From positions 1 through 64,000 of the forward strand of contig CBDCKN010000013.1 in assembly GCA_965218295.1 (NCBI GenBank): a DNA stretch of 64,000 nt, in the 5' to 3' direction. This stretch comes from Longimicrobiales bacterium. GTDB lineage: Bacteria > Gemmatimonadota > Gemmatimonadetes > Longimicrobiales > Gaopeijiaceae. Of the stretch, positions 38,105 to 47,733 are shown one piece after another; within the stretch, counting starts at the first letter, position 1, and every line of letters begins with the position of its first letter. A program made the translations under genes and the position numbers. The notes under the pieces were generated by a model. That model searched no databases. It had not been told where the DNA came from and was given only the letters and a program-made list of their open reading frames with translations.

Positions 38105-39892
38105 ATGCAGCTTTCGACATTGGATTGGTGGGTCCTGGCCCTCTACGCCGTGACGGCCCTCTCCGTGGGGCTGGCGTTCGCCCGTCGGGCCGGACGCGGC
38201 ACCGAAGAGTACTTCCTCGCCGGCCGGTCCATGCCGTGGTGGCTTCTCGGGACCTCCATGGTGGCCACCACATTCTCGACGGACACGCCCAACCTCGTCA
38301 CCGACCTCGTGCGCACGGGGGGAGTCAGCCAGAACTGGATCTGGTGGGCCTTCCTGATCACCGGGATGTGCACGGTGTTCTTCTACGCCAAGCTATGGCG
38401 GCGCTCGGGCGTCCTCACCGACATCGGGTTCTACGAGCTGCGCTATGCCGGGCGGCCCGCCGCCTTCCTCCGCGGGTTCCGGGCCATCTACCTGGGCGTC
38501 TTCTTCAACGTCATGATCATGGCCACAGTGACCCTGGCGGCCATCAAGATCGGTGGTGTGCTCCTGGGGGCGGACAAGTACACGGTAGTGCTCATCGCCG
38601 GAACGGCGACGGTTCTCTACTCGGCCACTTCCGGGCTTTGGGGGGTCCTGGTCACGGACCTGCTGCTCTTCGCCATCTCCATGATCGGCGCCGTGGCCGC
38701 GGCGTTCTACGCGCTACGGCTTCCCGAGGTGGGTGGGCTCTCCGGCCTCATTTCCAACCCGGCCGTCGCCGGCAAGCTGTCCTTCCTCCCGGACTTCTCG
38801 GATCCCTCCACCGCCGCCGCAGTCTTCATCGTGCCTATCGCAGTTCAGTGGTGGAGTACCTGGTACCCCGGCGCAGAGCCCGGTGGCGGGGGTTATGCCG
38901 CCCAACGCATGCTCGCGGCCAAAGACGAGAAGCACGCCATGCAAGCCACACTCTGGTTCAACCTGGCCCACTACGCCCTGAGGCCGTGGCCTTGGATCCT
39001 GGTGGCCCTCGCGTCGCTCATCGTCTACCCGACCCTCGGCGACCTTCAGGCAGCCTTCCCGCACGTGGATCCGTCGGTTATCCGGAACGACCTCGCCTAT
39101 CCCGCTATGCTGGTCTTTCTTCCTCACGGGCTCCTGGGTCTTGTAGTGGCTTCGCTGGCCGCCGCCTACATGTCAACGATCAGCACTCACCTCAACTGGG
39201 GAGCGTCGTACATCGTAGACGACGTATACCGCCGCTTCGTGGCCCCGGACCGTGAGGAAAAGGACTACGTTCGCGTCGCGAGGCTCTCCACCGTCGGGCT
39301 GATCATCCTCTCGTCCTTCGTAGCTCTGCAGCTCGAGAACGCCATGCAGGCCTTCCAGATCCTCCTGCAGATCGGAGCCGGGACGGGCCTGGTATTCCTC
39401 CTCCGTTGGTTCTGGTGGCGGGTGAACACCTGGAGTGAGATCTCCGCCATGGTGATATCGTTCCTGGTCGCCCTCTACTTCGCGTTCGTCCACACGCGCT
39501 TGGGGTTCGAGGCGTGGGATCCTTCGACTACCCTGGTCCTGGGCGTGGCGATCACCACGGTCGGGTGGCTGGCCATTACGTTCATGACCCCCCCGGTGGA
39601 TGCCGATACCCTGCGCACCTTCCACGGGAGCATCCGTCCCCTTGGCCGAGGCTGGGACGCCGTCGTTGGAGATGACGAATCCGCTGACGAAGCCCTATTG
39701 GGGACGGAGGGAGAGCTCACCGCCGGCCTCCTCTCGTGGTTCCTGGGGTGCACCATGGTGTACGGAGCCTTGTTCGGAACCGGCTTCCTGCTCTACGGCC
39801 AGCTTGTGCCCGGCGCCGTGGGACTCGTCGTGGCGGTCGCAGCGGGCTGGGGAGTCTTCAGGATCCTCCCGCGGGTGGGCTTCCTCACGTAG
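38105..39892 (+). CDS. Sodium:solute symporter family protein
   Basis: EYFLAGRSMPWWLLGTSMVATTFSTDTP, WYPGAEPGGGGY.AQRMLAAK, AAYMSTISTHLNWGASY, RWFWWRVN. Confidence 0.95.
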   Translation: MQLSTLDWWVLALYAVTALSVGLAFARRAGRGTEEYFLAGRSMPWWLLGTSMVATTFSTDTPNLVTDLVRTGGVSQNWIWWAFLITGMCTVFFYAKLWRRSGVLTDIGFYELRYAGRPAAFLRGFRAIYLGVFFNVMIMATVTLAAIKIGGVLLGADKYTVVLIAGTATVLYSATSGLWGVLVTDLLLFAISMIGAVAAAFYALRLPEVGGLSGLISNPAVAGKLSFLPDFSDPSTAAAVFIVPIAVQWWSTWYPGAEPGGGGYAAQRMLAAKDEKHAMQATLWFNLAHYALRPWPWILVALASLIVYPTLGDLQAAFPHVDPSVIRNDLAYPAMLVFLPHGLLGLVVASLAAAYMSTISTHLNWGASYIVDDVYRRFVAPDREEKDYVRVARLSTVGLIILSSFVALQLENAMQAFQILLQIGAGTGLVFLLRWFWWRVNTWSEISAMVISFLVALYFAFVHTRLGFEAWDPSTTLVLGVAITTVGWLAITFMTPPVDADTLRTFHGSIRPLGRGWDAVVGDDESADEALLGTEGELTAGLLSWFLGCTMVYGALFGTGFLLYGQLVPGAVGLVVAVAAGWGVFRILPRVGFLT

Positions 39893-39948
39893 TCCTATCC
39901 AGTCGTAGTCCCGTCCAGTCGTAGTCCTATCCAGTCGTAGTCCCATCC
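39888..39948 (+). repeat. 16-bp tandem repeat (~3.8 copies) starting at the symporter stop codon
   Basis: CGTAGTCC(TA/CG/CA)TCCAGT units at 39888, 39904, 39920 and 39936. Confidence 0.9.
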
Positions 39949-40201
39949 GACCATGGACGGATTCTGAGCCTCACGATCGTCGAGATCCGAGACCCCCCTG
40001 TAGAACGCATCTGACGACGCCTGGCTTTCGGTCTGCCCGGTGACCTCGACTCCGGGACACTTCCGGCGTCCCCCACCCCCTCCGTGGCCCGCCCAGAAGC
40101 CAACCAGGGCCTCGAGAAACCCCCTCTTATCTTTCAAGCACGCCGAACACTCCTGTATCCCAAACCACCGCCGCCTGCTAACCCCGTCCAAGGAGCCGCC
40201 C

Positions 40202-41770
40202 ATGGTCCCCCCTGCTCTCGCTGCCGTCACTCCCAGCGACTCCGGCCCCACGCTCGCCGTCGTAGCCGGCACGTCAACCCAAAACCTCGAGCGCCTGGGC
40301 GACAAGATCGCCGAGCTGGCCGCACACCTGGATGCGGCCACCTACCGCCTCTTGGTGCTGATCCGTGAGTTCGACGCGAAAGAAGGATGGCACTCGGGCT
40401 TCCGAACGTGCGCCCACTGGCTGAGCTGGCGTACCGGGATCGACATCGGAGCCGCCCGTGAGAAGGTGAGGGTGGCCCGGGCCTTGGAGCATCTACCCCT
40501 GCTGAGCGAAGTGATGCGGCTTGGAGAGCTCTCCTACTCGAAGGCTCGCGCTCTCACGCGCGTCGCCACGGCCGAGAACGAAGAGGAGTTGATGGGCTTC
40601 GCCCAGCACGCAACGGCATCGTATGTGGAAGCACTCGTGAGGACGTGGCGCCGCGTGGACCGCCTGGAGGAGCAATGCCAGGAGCGGGAGCGGCATCGGT
40701 CTCGCTTCCTCAGTGTCCGTCCCGATGTGGACGGCATGTATGTCGTCCGTGGACGGCTGGATCCCGAGGTCGGTGCGCTGTTGACGCGGGCCCTCGAGGC
40801 TGCAGGGGATGAACTCTACCGCAGGGCTGCGGAGGATAAAGTCTACCGGAGGCCTGCGGAGGATGACCCCGTGGGCGATCCCCAGATCACCGGGGATGGG
40901 GTGGCCGTGGACACGGTGGAAGGGCCCGTGGCAGCGGAGGTCCGATCTGAGGTCCCATCCGAGGAGACCACGCCGGGGCAGCGCCGGGCCGATGCGATCG
41001 GCCTCCTCGCCGAGTGTGCACTGCAGGGCGGTCTGATGGACATCGAGTGGGAGCGCGGCGACGGACCCGAGCGCGGCGACGGACGCGAGCGCGGCAACGG
41101 ACGCAAGCGCGGCAACGGACGGGCTATCGCCACGGTCAGCCGGGCAGACCGCTTTCAGGTGGTTCTTCACGTAAATGCCCAGTCGCTACTTGGCGATTCA
41201 GAGACCCTCGAGGAGGGCCCCGTGGCGCATGAATCCGAGCTGGAGGACGGTCTTCGCGTTTCCGCGGAAACGTCGAGGCGTCTGGCCTGCGACGCGAGCC
41301 GCGTAGTCATGACTCACGGCATCGACGGAACGGTTCTCGATGTCGGAAGGAAGACGCGAACGGTCCCACCCGCCCTTCGGAGGGCGCTCGACCGCAGGGA
41401 CAAGGGATACCGCTTTCCAGGCTGCGGCCTCAGGTTCTCGGACGCCCATCACATCGAACACTGGGCCGATGGCGGAGAAACCAGGTTGGACAACCTTGTT
41501 CTTCTGTGCCGTCTACATCATCGGGCGGTGCATGAGGAGGGCTTCGGGGTGGCCTTCACGGACAACGGCCGGGTCCACTTCCGTTGGCCTGACGGACAGG
41601 CATTCCCCGACGCTCCGCAGGCACCGCGGCTTCCGAGAGAGCCTGTTGCGGCTCTCGAGTCCGAGCACGAGAGGATGGAGCTCGGTATCGATCCCTGGAC
41701 ACCGACGTCTCTGTGGCGGGGAGAGTCCCTCGACCTGGGCCTGGCGATCGAGATGTTCCGAAATGGGTGA
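40202..41770 (+). CDS. DUF222-domain HNH endonuclease (probably mobile)
   Basis: CAHWLSWRTG…AREKVRVARAL..LP, GELSYSK.RA.TR, QRRADA, VSAETSRRLACDA, DVGRKTR, RFPGC…DAHHIEHWADGG.T.LDNL.LLC..HH..VH; AAGGAG RBS. Confidence 0.9.
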   Translation: MVPPALAAVTPSDSGPTLAVVAGTSTQNLERLGDKIAELAAHLDAATYRLLVLIREFDAKEGWHSGFRTCAHWLSWRTGIDIGAAREKVRVARALEHLPLLSEVMRLGELSYSKARALTRVATAENEEELMGFAQHATASYVEALVRTWRRVDRLEEQCQERERHRSRFLSVRPDVDGMYVVRGRLDPEVGALLTRALEAAGDELYRRAAEDKVYRRPAEDDPVGDPQITGDGVAVDTVEGPVAAEVRSEVPSEETTPGQRRADAIGLLAECALQGGLMDIEWERGDGPERGDGRERGNGRKRGNGRAIATVSRADRFQVVLHVNAQSLLGDSETLEEGPVAHESELEDGLRVSAETSRRLACDASRVVMTHGIDGTVLDVGRKTRTVPPALRRALDRRDKGYRFPGCGLRFSDAHHIEHWADGGETRLDNLVLLCRLHHRAVHEEGFGVAFTDNGRVHFRWPDGQAFPDAPQAPRLPREPVAALESEHERMELGIDPWTPTSLWRGESLDLGLAIEMFRNG

Positions 41771-41802
41771 GCGCTCGGGGGCCGGGAGCGTCCTGGACCC
41801 GC

Positions 41803-43134
41803 CTACGCCCCCACCCTCCCCACCGTGGCTCCCCCCGAGGGGGCTGCCCTGAAGACCGCTTCCTCCGCCGACGTGTCTCCCGTCGGGCTGTAGTAACCAA
41901 CTGCGAGGGCTTCCAGAACCGCCGACTCCGCGGCCTCCGTACACAGGATCAGTGCCGCACCCCCGAGTCCCGCTCCGGTGAGGCGTGCCCCTGCCGCACC
42001 CGCCTCCCGAGCGAGGGTGACGATACGGTCGAGCCCGGGCGTGCTGACCTCGTAATCGTCCCGGAGGCTCCGGTGGGAGGCGTCCATGATGCGACCGAAC
42101 GCAGCCAGGTCCCTCACGCCCAACGCCTCCTCCGCCTCGGACACGCGCAGCACCTCACTGACGGTGTGTCGCAAGCGAGCCAGAAGAGGAGCCTCCAGGA
42201 CCTCCGTCGCCACCTCTAGCAGGTGCTCCGGATCCGCGGCCTCCAGTAGCGGGCGGTAGTCTTTCTCCGGCGGTTCTCCCTCCCCGACGGCAGCCCACAC
42301 GGTCTCGAGCGCCTCTCGAGACTCGCGCGTCCGGGCGTTGTACGTGGCCTGCGCCGGGCCGGACTTCTCCGCCACGACGCCGCTGTGGGCTATGAGGAAC
42401 ACCCAGTCTTCTGGCATGGACACCGGGCGAATGTGAAGAGGCGCGAAGCTCACACAGAGAGCGTGCCCGGCCAGAGCGCACAGGATGACCGCCTGGTCCA
42501 TCCCGCCGCCCTGCGTACCCGTATACCGCTCTGCCCGGGCCACGAGGTCGGCCAGCTCCATTAGGTCGACGTCCCTCCCGTTCACGGCCAGGAGCGCCAG
42601 GGCCACGCCGCACGAGAGCGCCGAGGAGGAGCTCAGGCCGGCCGCGATAGGCAGATCGGACTCCACCGCGATGTCGGCCCCCACGGTGATTCCGTAGTCG
42701 CGAACCAGCGCCTGTGCCACACCCCGGGCATAGTCGCCCCAGTCACCACAGTCGCCCCGGTCGCCCCGGTCGTCCCGGTCGCCCCGGTTAACCCGGTCGC
42801 TCGGCTCACCCGCCTCACCCGGCCTACCAGGCGCACCCGGTGCACCCGGCTCCACATCTCTCGACAGCTCCAGCACGACGTCGGCGTACGACGGCTCGGC
42901 ATTGGCCAGTCGCACATAGTGATCCTCGCGGGGCCGCACCGTCAGTGTGGTGCGGAGCTGGATGGCCATGGGAAGAACCGGGAGGAGGGAGTAGTCGATG
43001 TGCTCGCCGATGAGGTTCACACGACCGGGAGCGTGCACGACGAAAGCCGGCGCGGGGAGTCCGAACCGGTCCTCGAAGAGCCCCGACGGAGCTCGGTGGG
43101 AAGATCCGCTCAAGTCGTCGGAATCTCCGTCCAA
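41803..43134 (-). CDS. galK: Galactokinase (GHMP kinase); start uncertain
   Basis: APGRVNLIGEHIDY, P.AAGLSSSSA, GGMDQ, SH.SLRDDYEVS, GARLTGAG.GG. Confidence 0.9.
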   Translation of the reverse strand: MDGDSDDLSGSSHRAPSGLFEDRFGLPAPAFVVHAPGRVNLIGEHIDYSLLPVLPMAIQLRTTLTVRPREDHYVRLANAEPSYADVVLELSRDVEPGAPGAPGRPGEAGEPSDRVNRGDRDDRGDRGDCGDWGDYARGVAQALVRDYGITVGADIAVESDLPIAAGLSSSSALSCGVALALLAVNGRDVDLMELADLVARAERYTGTQGGGMDQAVILCALAGHALCVSFAPLHIRPVSMPEDWVFLIAHSGVVAEKSGPAQATYNARTRESREALETVWAAVGEGEPPEKDYRPLLEAADPEHLLEVATEVLEAPLLARLRHTVSEVLRVSEAEEALGVRDLAAFGRIMDASHRSLRDDYEVSTPGLDRIVTLAREAGAAGARLTGAGLGGAALILCTEAAESAVLEALAVGYYSPTGDTSAEEAVFRAAPSGGATVGRVGA

Positions 43135-43171
43135 TCCGTGGAATTTTCAGTCCAACCCGATGTCTCCGGAG

Positions 43172-44650
43172 CTACGCGGTTACCAGACCGAGCTTCGGCC
43201 AGGACTGCCATCGCCCACGTGTGAAATCGGGAAACTCCACGGGCCGGCTCGCGTTCGCCACGGACCACTCGGACAAGGGCGTCACGGCGCTTAGCGCTGC
43301 GGCGTCGTAGACGTTCATGTCCGTGGGGAGTCCCTCGCGCAGACACTTGACGAGGCGGTGGTCCTCCATGAAGTCCATGCCGCCGTGTCCCCCGCCTTGT
43401 GAGCGCTCCTCCATCTCTCTCCAGAGCGGGTGCTCGTACTCTTCGAGCCACTTCTCGGCCTCGTCCCACTGATGGGGTTCGCTCAACCCCTCCACGTAGA
43501 CGCGGTCCGGATATCCCTGGAAGATGCCCTTGGTGCCCTGGACCTGATGGATGCGGCTGTACGGCCTGGGAAGGTTGGTGTCATGACTCACGAAGAGAGT
43601 GCGTCCCAGGGCCGTCTTGATCATGGTCGTGTTGACGTCGCCGAGGACGTACGTCTCCAGCCGCTTCGGGTGGTCCGCCGGGTAGTGGGTGTCGGTCCAC
43701 TCCTGGAGGCCCCGGGAGGGGCTGCTCATGGGGACCAGCGTGGCGAACCGATCGCCTCGGTTGATGTCCATGCAGTTGGCGATGGGGCCGAGGCCGTGCG
43801 TCGGGTACATGTTGCCGTTCCGGTGCATGGAGTGAGCCCGGCGCCAGAGCCCCGCGTCCTGGTCCTCGAACTTGATGGCCCGCAGATCGTGCAGGTAGCC
43901 GCCCTCCGCGTGCAGGATCTCACCCAGCAAGCCCTGCTGGACGAGGTTGAAGGCCAGCATCTCCATGCGTCCGTAGTTGACGTTCTCCATCATGGGGCAG
44001 TGCTTCTCGTACTTCTCCGCGTACTCGACAAGCTTCCAGCAATCCTCCAGCCTGTAGGCCGCGGGAACCTCCGTCGCCGCGTGCTTGCCGTTCTCCATGG
44101 CGGACGTGCAGACAGGGACGTGCCACTCCCAGGGGGTGGCGTTGAACACCAGGTCCAGCTCCTCCTCCTGGCAGAGCCGCTCGAAGTCCCGCTCACCCCG
44201 GGCAAACCCCGTCGGACGTGGGAAGCCGGCCTCCTCGACCCAATCCTGGATGCGCTCGACCTTCTCCGGAACGATGTCGCACACCGCCTGGATGACGCAT
44301 CCCTCGATCCTCAGGAGGTTACGGACGTGTGCGCTCCCTTGAAGACCTACGCCGACGAAGCCGATGCGGACCTGGTCAATCGGGGGAGCGGAAAAGAGCT
44401 CGACGGGCGCCTCGCCCAGATCCGGCGACGAGCCCGAGGTTTCCGCATGGGACTCGATGGTGCATCCCGCCGCAGTCCCCACAACGGCCAGGCCGAGGCC
44501 GGCGGCGCCCAGCTTCAGGGCTTCTCGGCGATCCAATCCACGCTCGGCCGAGTACGTTTCTGGGCTCTCAATGTCCGCCGACCGAGTCTCCTCTTCCGAC
44601 AGCTGGATCCCATCCTCTGACGACCGTGTCTTCTCGGCGTCGTCACGCAT
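43172..44650 (-). CDS. Tat-exported GH109 (Gfo/Idh/MocA) NAD-dependent glycosidase, alpha-N-acetylgalactosaminidase-like
   Basis: DRREALK Tat motif; ATPWEWH, EVPAA, MMENVNY, GGYLHDLR, YPTHGLGP, GHGGMD. Confidence 0.88.
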   Translation of the reverse strand: MRDDAEKTRSSEDGIQLSEEETRSADIESPETYSAERGLDRREALKLGAAGLGLAVVGTAAGCTIESHAETSGSSPDLGEAPVELFSAPPIDQVRIGFVGVGLQGSAHVRNLLRIEGCVIQAVCDIVPEKVERIQDWVEEAGFPRPTGFARGERDFERLCQEEELDLVFNATPWEWHVPVCTSAMENGKHAATEVPAAYRLEDCWKLVEYAEKYEKHCPMMENVNYGRMEMLAFNLVQQGLLGEILHAEGGYLHDLRAIKFEDQDAGLWRRAHSMHRNGNMYPTHGLGPIANCMDINRGDRFATLVPMSSPSRGLQEWTDTHYPADHPKRLETYVLGDVNTTMIKTALGRTLFVSHDTNLPRPYSRIHQVQGTKGIFQGYPDRVYVEGLSEPHQWDEAEKWLEEYEHPLWREMEERSQGGGHGGMDFMEDHRLVKCLREGLPTDMNVYDAAALSAVTPLSEWSVANASRPVEFPDFTRGRWQSWPKLGLVTA

Positions 44651-44804
44651 GGCCACTAGCCTCCCAAGTCTCTATGTGGTGGGCCCCACCGGGGTGGTCC
44701 CCACTGTGGTGGGCCGCACTGCGATGGCGGGGCCGTCGCTTCTCGCTTCAACGAACTCTGAGCACCATGAGCACGGGCCGGTGATCCGTCAAGCTACTGC
44801 GATG

Positions 44805-44840
44805 TATACGTATGTTGAAGACGAATATATACGTACGTTG
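44805..44840. promoter_or_regulatory. AT-rich direct repeat, candidate transcription-factor site between divergent GH109 and acnA
   Basis: TATACGTATGTTG (44805) and TATACGTACGTTG (44828). Confidence 0.4.
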
Positions 44841-45009
44841 GAAAGACTCTCCTCACCCCGTGGGAGAGTGTGCGAGGGCCGCGTGGGGTTAGGTACGGGG
44901 TGTTTTCCGCGCACAGCCTTTGGTATTCTTTCACATCCGCTTCCCCCGACGGACCACGACCGACGCGCACCAGAGAGCACCGCGCACCAGAGAGCACATA
45001 GAGGCCGTC

Positions 45010-47718
45010 ATGAGCAGCGACCCCTTCGGCGCACTGACCAGCATCGATCTGAAGGAAGGGCCCACGTCCTTCTACCGCCTCGGTAGGTTGGAGGAGACCG
45101 GCCTCGGAGACCTGGCCCGCCTCCCCTTCTCCATCCGCATCCTCCTGGAGAACGCCCTGCGCCATGCCGGCAGCAGGTACGTGGGTGAGGAGCATGTACA
45201 GGCGGTAGCCGAGTGGAGCCCCACGAACGCCGGCGCCGACGTGCCGTTCATGCCCACGCGGGTGGTGCTCCAGGACTTCACCGGCGTCCCCGCAGTAGTC
45301 GATCTGGCCGCCATGCGGGACCGGCTCAAGGCCATGAACGGCGATCCGAACCGCATCAACCCGGTAGTCCCGGCCGACCTCGTCATCGACCACTCGGTCC
45401 AGGTCGACTTCTTCGGGACCCCCGAGGCCTATCGGCAGAATGTGGAGAAGGAGTTCGAACGGAACCGGGAGCGGTACGCGCTCCTACGGTGGGCCCAGCA
45501 CTCTTTCGAGGACTTCCGGGTCGTGCCCCCAGGAACGGGCATCGTGCACCAGGTGAACCTCGAGTACCTGGCCTCCGTGGTGCATCGACGGGAGGAGGGC
45601 GGCGCGTGGGTGGCCTATCCCGACACGCTGGTGGGCACCGACTCGCATACCACCATGATCAACGGGCTGGGTGTCGTGGGTTGGGGCGTGGGCGGTATCG
45701 AGGCGGAGGCCGTCCTCACGGGTCAACCCTACTACATGCTGCTGCCCGAGGTGGTGGGCGTGAAGGTCACCGGTGAGCTGCCCGAGGGAGCCACGGCCAC
45801 GGATCTCGTGCTGCACGTAGTGGAGATGCTTCGGGCCCACGGCGTGGTGGGTCGTTTCGTCGAGTACTTCGGCCCCGGCCTCTCAAAGCTGACCCTTCCG
45901 GACCGCGCGACCCTTGCCAACATGTCCCCCGAATACGGTGCGACCATCGGTTTCTTCCCCGTCGATGCCGAGACGCTGTCCTACCTGAGAGGATCGGCAC
46001 GAAGCGAGGAGCTGGTGGAGAGGGTCGAGCGGGTCAGCAAGGAGCAGGGTCTCTTCCGCACCGATCAGACACCGGATCCGGAGTACACCGACGTTCTCCA
46101 CATGGACCTCTCCACGGTGGAGCCCAGCGTGGCCGGGCCGAAGCGTCCCCAGGACCGGATCGGGTTGGACGACCTTCCCGCGGCGTTCGCCCGGGACCTC
46201 CCGACCCTTGTGCCGTCCGGGTTCCCACTGAACGAGAACGGCAAGCGGACGGTCCCCGTGGAGGTGGACGGAGAGGCGTGCGAGATCGGAGACGGCAGCA
46301 TCGTCATCGCCGCCATCACCAGCTGTACCAACACGTCGAACCCGACGGTCATGGTGGGGGCGGGCCTCATGGCCAAGAAGGCCGTGGAGCTGGGTCTCGA
46401 GGTGAAGCCGTGGGTGAAGCCCAGCATGGCTCCGGGATCGAAGGTGGTCAGCGACTACCTGGATGCCGCCGGCCTCAGCGACTACCTGAACCAGCTGGGG
46501 TTCAACGTGGTGGGATACGGATGCACGACGTGCATCGGAAACTCGGGGCCCCTGGCCGGCTCCATTGGCGAAGAGGTCCAGGAGCAGGGCTTGGTCGTGG
46601 CGTCGATCCTCTCCGGGAATCGGAACTTCGAGGCGCGCATCCACCCCCAGGTGCGGGCGAACTACCTGTCCTCCCCCATCCTGGTCGTCGCGTACGCCCT
46701 GGCAGGGCGAATCGACATCGACTGGGCGACGGAGCCCGTGGGCCACGGCCGCGACGGCCAGCCCGTCTATCTCAAGGACCTGTGGCCCAGCTCGGGGATC
46801 ATCGGCGAGACCGTGCGGTCCTGCCTACGGCCCGAGATGTTCGAGAGCCGGTACGCCGAGGTCTTCGAGGGCAACGACCTGTGGCAGGCGCTCCCCCTCC
46901 CCACCGACGAGGACAACCTCTACGACTGGGAGGCCGATTCCACGTACATCCGGAATCCTCCCTTCTTCCAGGGCATGTCGCTAGAGGTCCCGGACCTCGC
47001 CGACATCCACGAAGCCCGCGTCCTGGGCATCTTCGGCCACACGACGACCACGGACCACATCTCCCCAGCGGGTGCGATCCCCAAGGATCAGCCCGCCGGT
47101 GCCTACCTGCAGGAGCAGGGGGTGAAGCCCTGGCAGTTCAACACCTTCGGCTCCCGGCGCGGGAACCACGAGGTGATGATGCGGGGCACCTTCGGAAACG
47201 TGCGCATCCGGAACCTCATGCTGGAAGATCGCGAGGGAGGCTACACCGTCCACATCCCCAGCGGTGAGGAGACATCCATCTACGAGGCCTCGATGCGCTA
47301 TCAGGCCGAGGGCACGCCTCTGGTGGTCCTGGCCGGGCGGGAATATGGGACGGGCAGCTCACGTGACTGGGCGGCGAAGGGTACCGCCTTGTTGGGCGTC
47401 CGAGCGGTCATCGCCGAGAGCTACGAGCGCATCCACCGGAGCAACCTGGTGGGCATGGGCGTCCTGCCCTTGCAGTTCGAAGAGGGCGACAGCGCTCAAT
47501 CCCTGGGTCTGACGGGCCCTGAGACGTACGACGTCACAGGCGTGGCCGACGGATTAGAGCCCCACGCACGCTTGAGCGTGGTGGCCACGGCCGAGGACGG
47601 CACCGAGACGGCTTTCCAGGTGATCGCGCGCCTCGATTCGGACGTCGACGTGGAGTACTACCAGAACGGCGGAATCCTGCACACCGTGCTGCGGAGGATG
47701 GGCTCAGGGGAGATGTAG
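45010..47718 (+). CDS. acnA: Aconitate hydratase A
   Basis: RVVLQDFTGVPAVVDLAAMRD, DHSVQVD, GTDSHT, AAITSCTNTSNP, GCTTCIGNSG, TTDHISPAG, YGTGSSRDWAAKG. Confidence 0.98.
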   Translation: MSSDPFGALTSIDLKEGPTSFYRLGRLEETGLGDLARLPFSIRILLENALRHAGSRYVGEEHVQAVAEWSPTNAGADVPFMPTRVVLQDFTGVPAVVDLAAMRDRLKAMNGDPNRINPVVPADLVIDHSVQVDFFGTPEAYRQNVEKEFERNRERYALLRWAQHSFEDFRVVPPGTGIVHQVNLEYLASVVHRREEGGAWVAYPDTLVGTDSHTTMINGLGVVGWGVGGIEAEAVLTGQPYYMLLPEVVGVKVTGELPEGATATDLVLHVVEMLRAHGVVGRFVEYFGPGLSKLTLPDRATLANMSPEYGATIGFFPVDAETLSYLRGSARSEELVERVERVSKEQGLFRTDQTPDPEYTDVLHMDLSTVEPSVAGPKRPQDRIGLDDLPAAFARDLPTLVPSGFPLNENGKRTVPVEVDGEACEIGDGSIVIAAITSCTNTSNPTVMVGAGLMAKKAVELGLEVKPWVKPSMAPGSKVVSDYLDAAGLSDYLNQLGFNVVGYGCTTCIGNSGPLAGSIGEEVQEQGLVVASILSGNRNFEARIHPQVRANYLSSPILVVAYALAGRIDIDWATEPVGHGRDGQPVYLKDLWPSSGIIGETVRSCLRPEMFESRYAEVFEGNDLWQALPLPTDEDNLYDWEADSTYIRNPPFFQGMSLEVPDLADIHEARVLGIFGHTTTTDHISPAGAIPKDQPAGAYLQEQGVKPWQFNTFGSRRGNHEVMMRGTFGNVRIRNLMLEDREGGYTVHIPSGEETSIYEASMRYQAEGTPLVVLAGREYGTGSSRDWAAKGTALLGVRAVIAESYERIHRSNLVGMGVLPLQFEEGDSAQSLGLTGPETYDVTGVADGLEPHARLSVVATAEDGTETAFQVIARLDSDVDVEYYQNGGILHTVLRRMGSGEM

Positions 47719-47733
47719 CGCTCCAGCGCAGCC

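Noticed and set aside
39888..39948. CRISPR array
   Set aside because: Contiguous 16-bp units without spacers, and no cas genes in the window.
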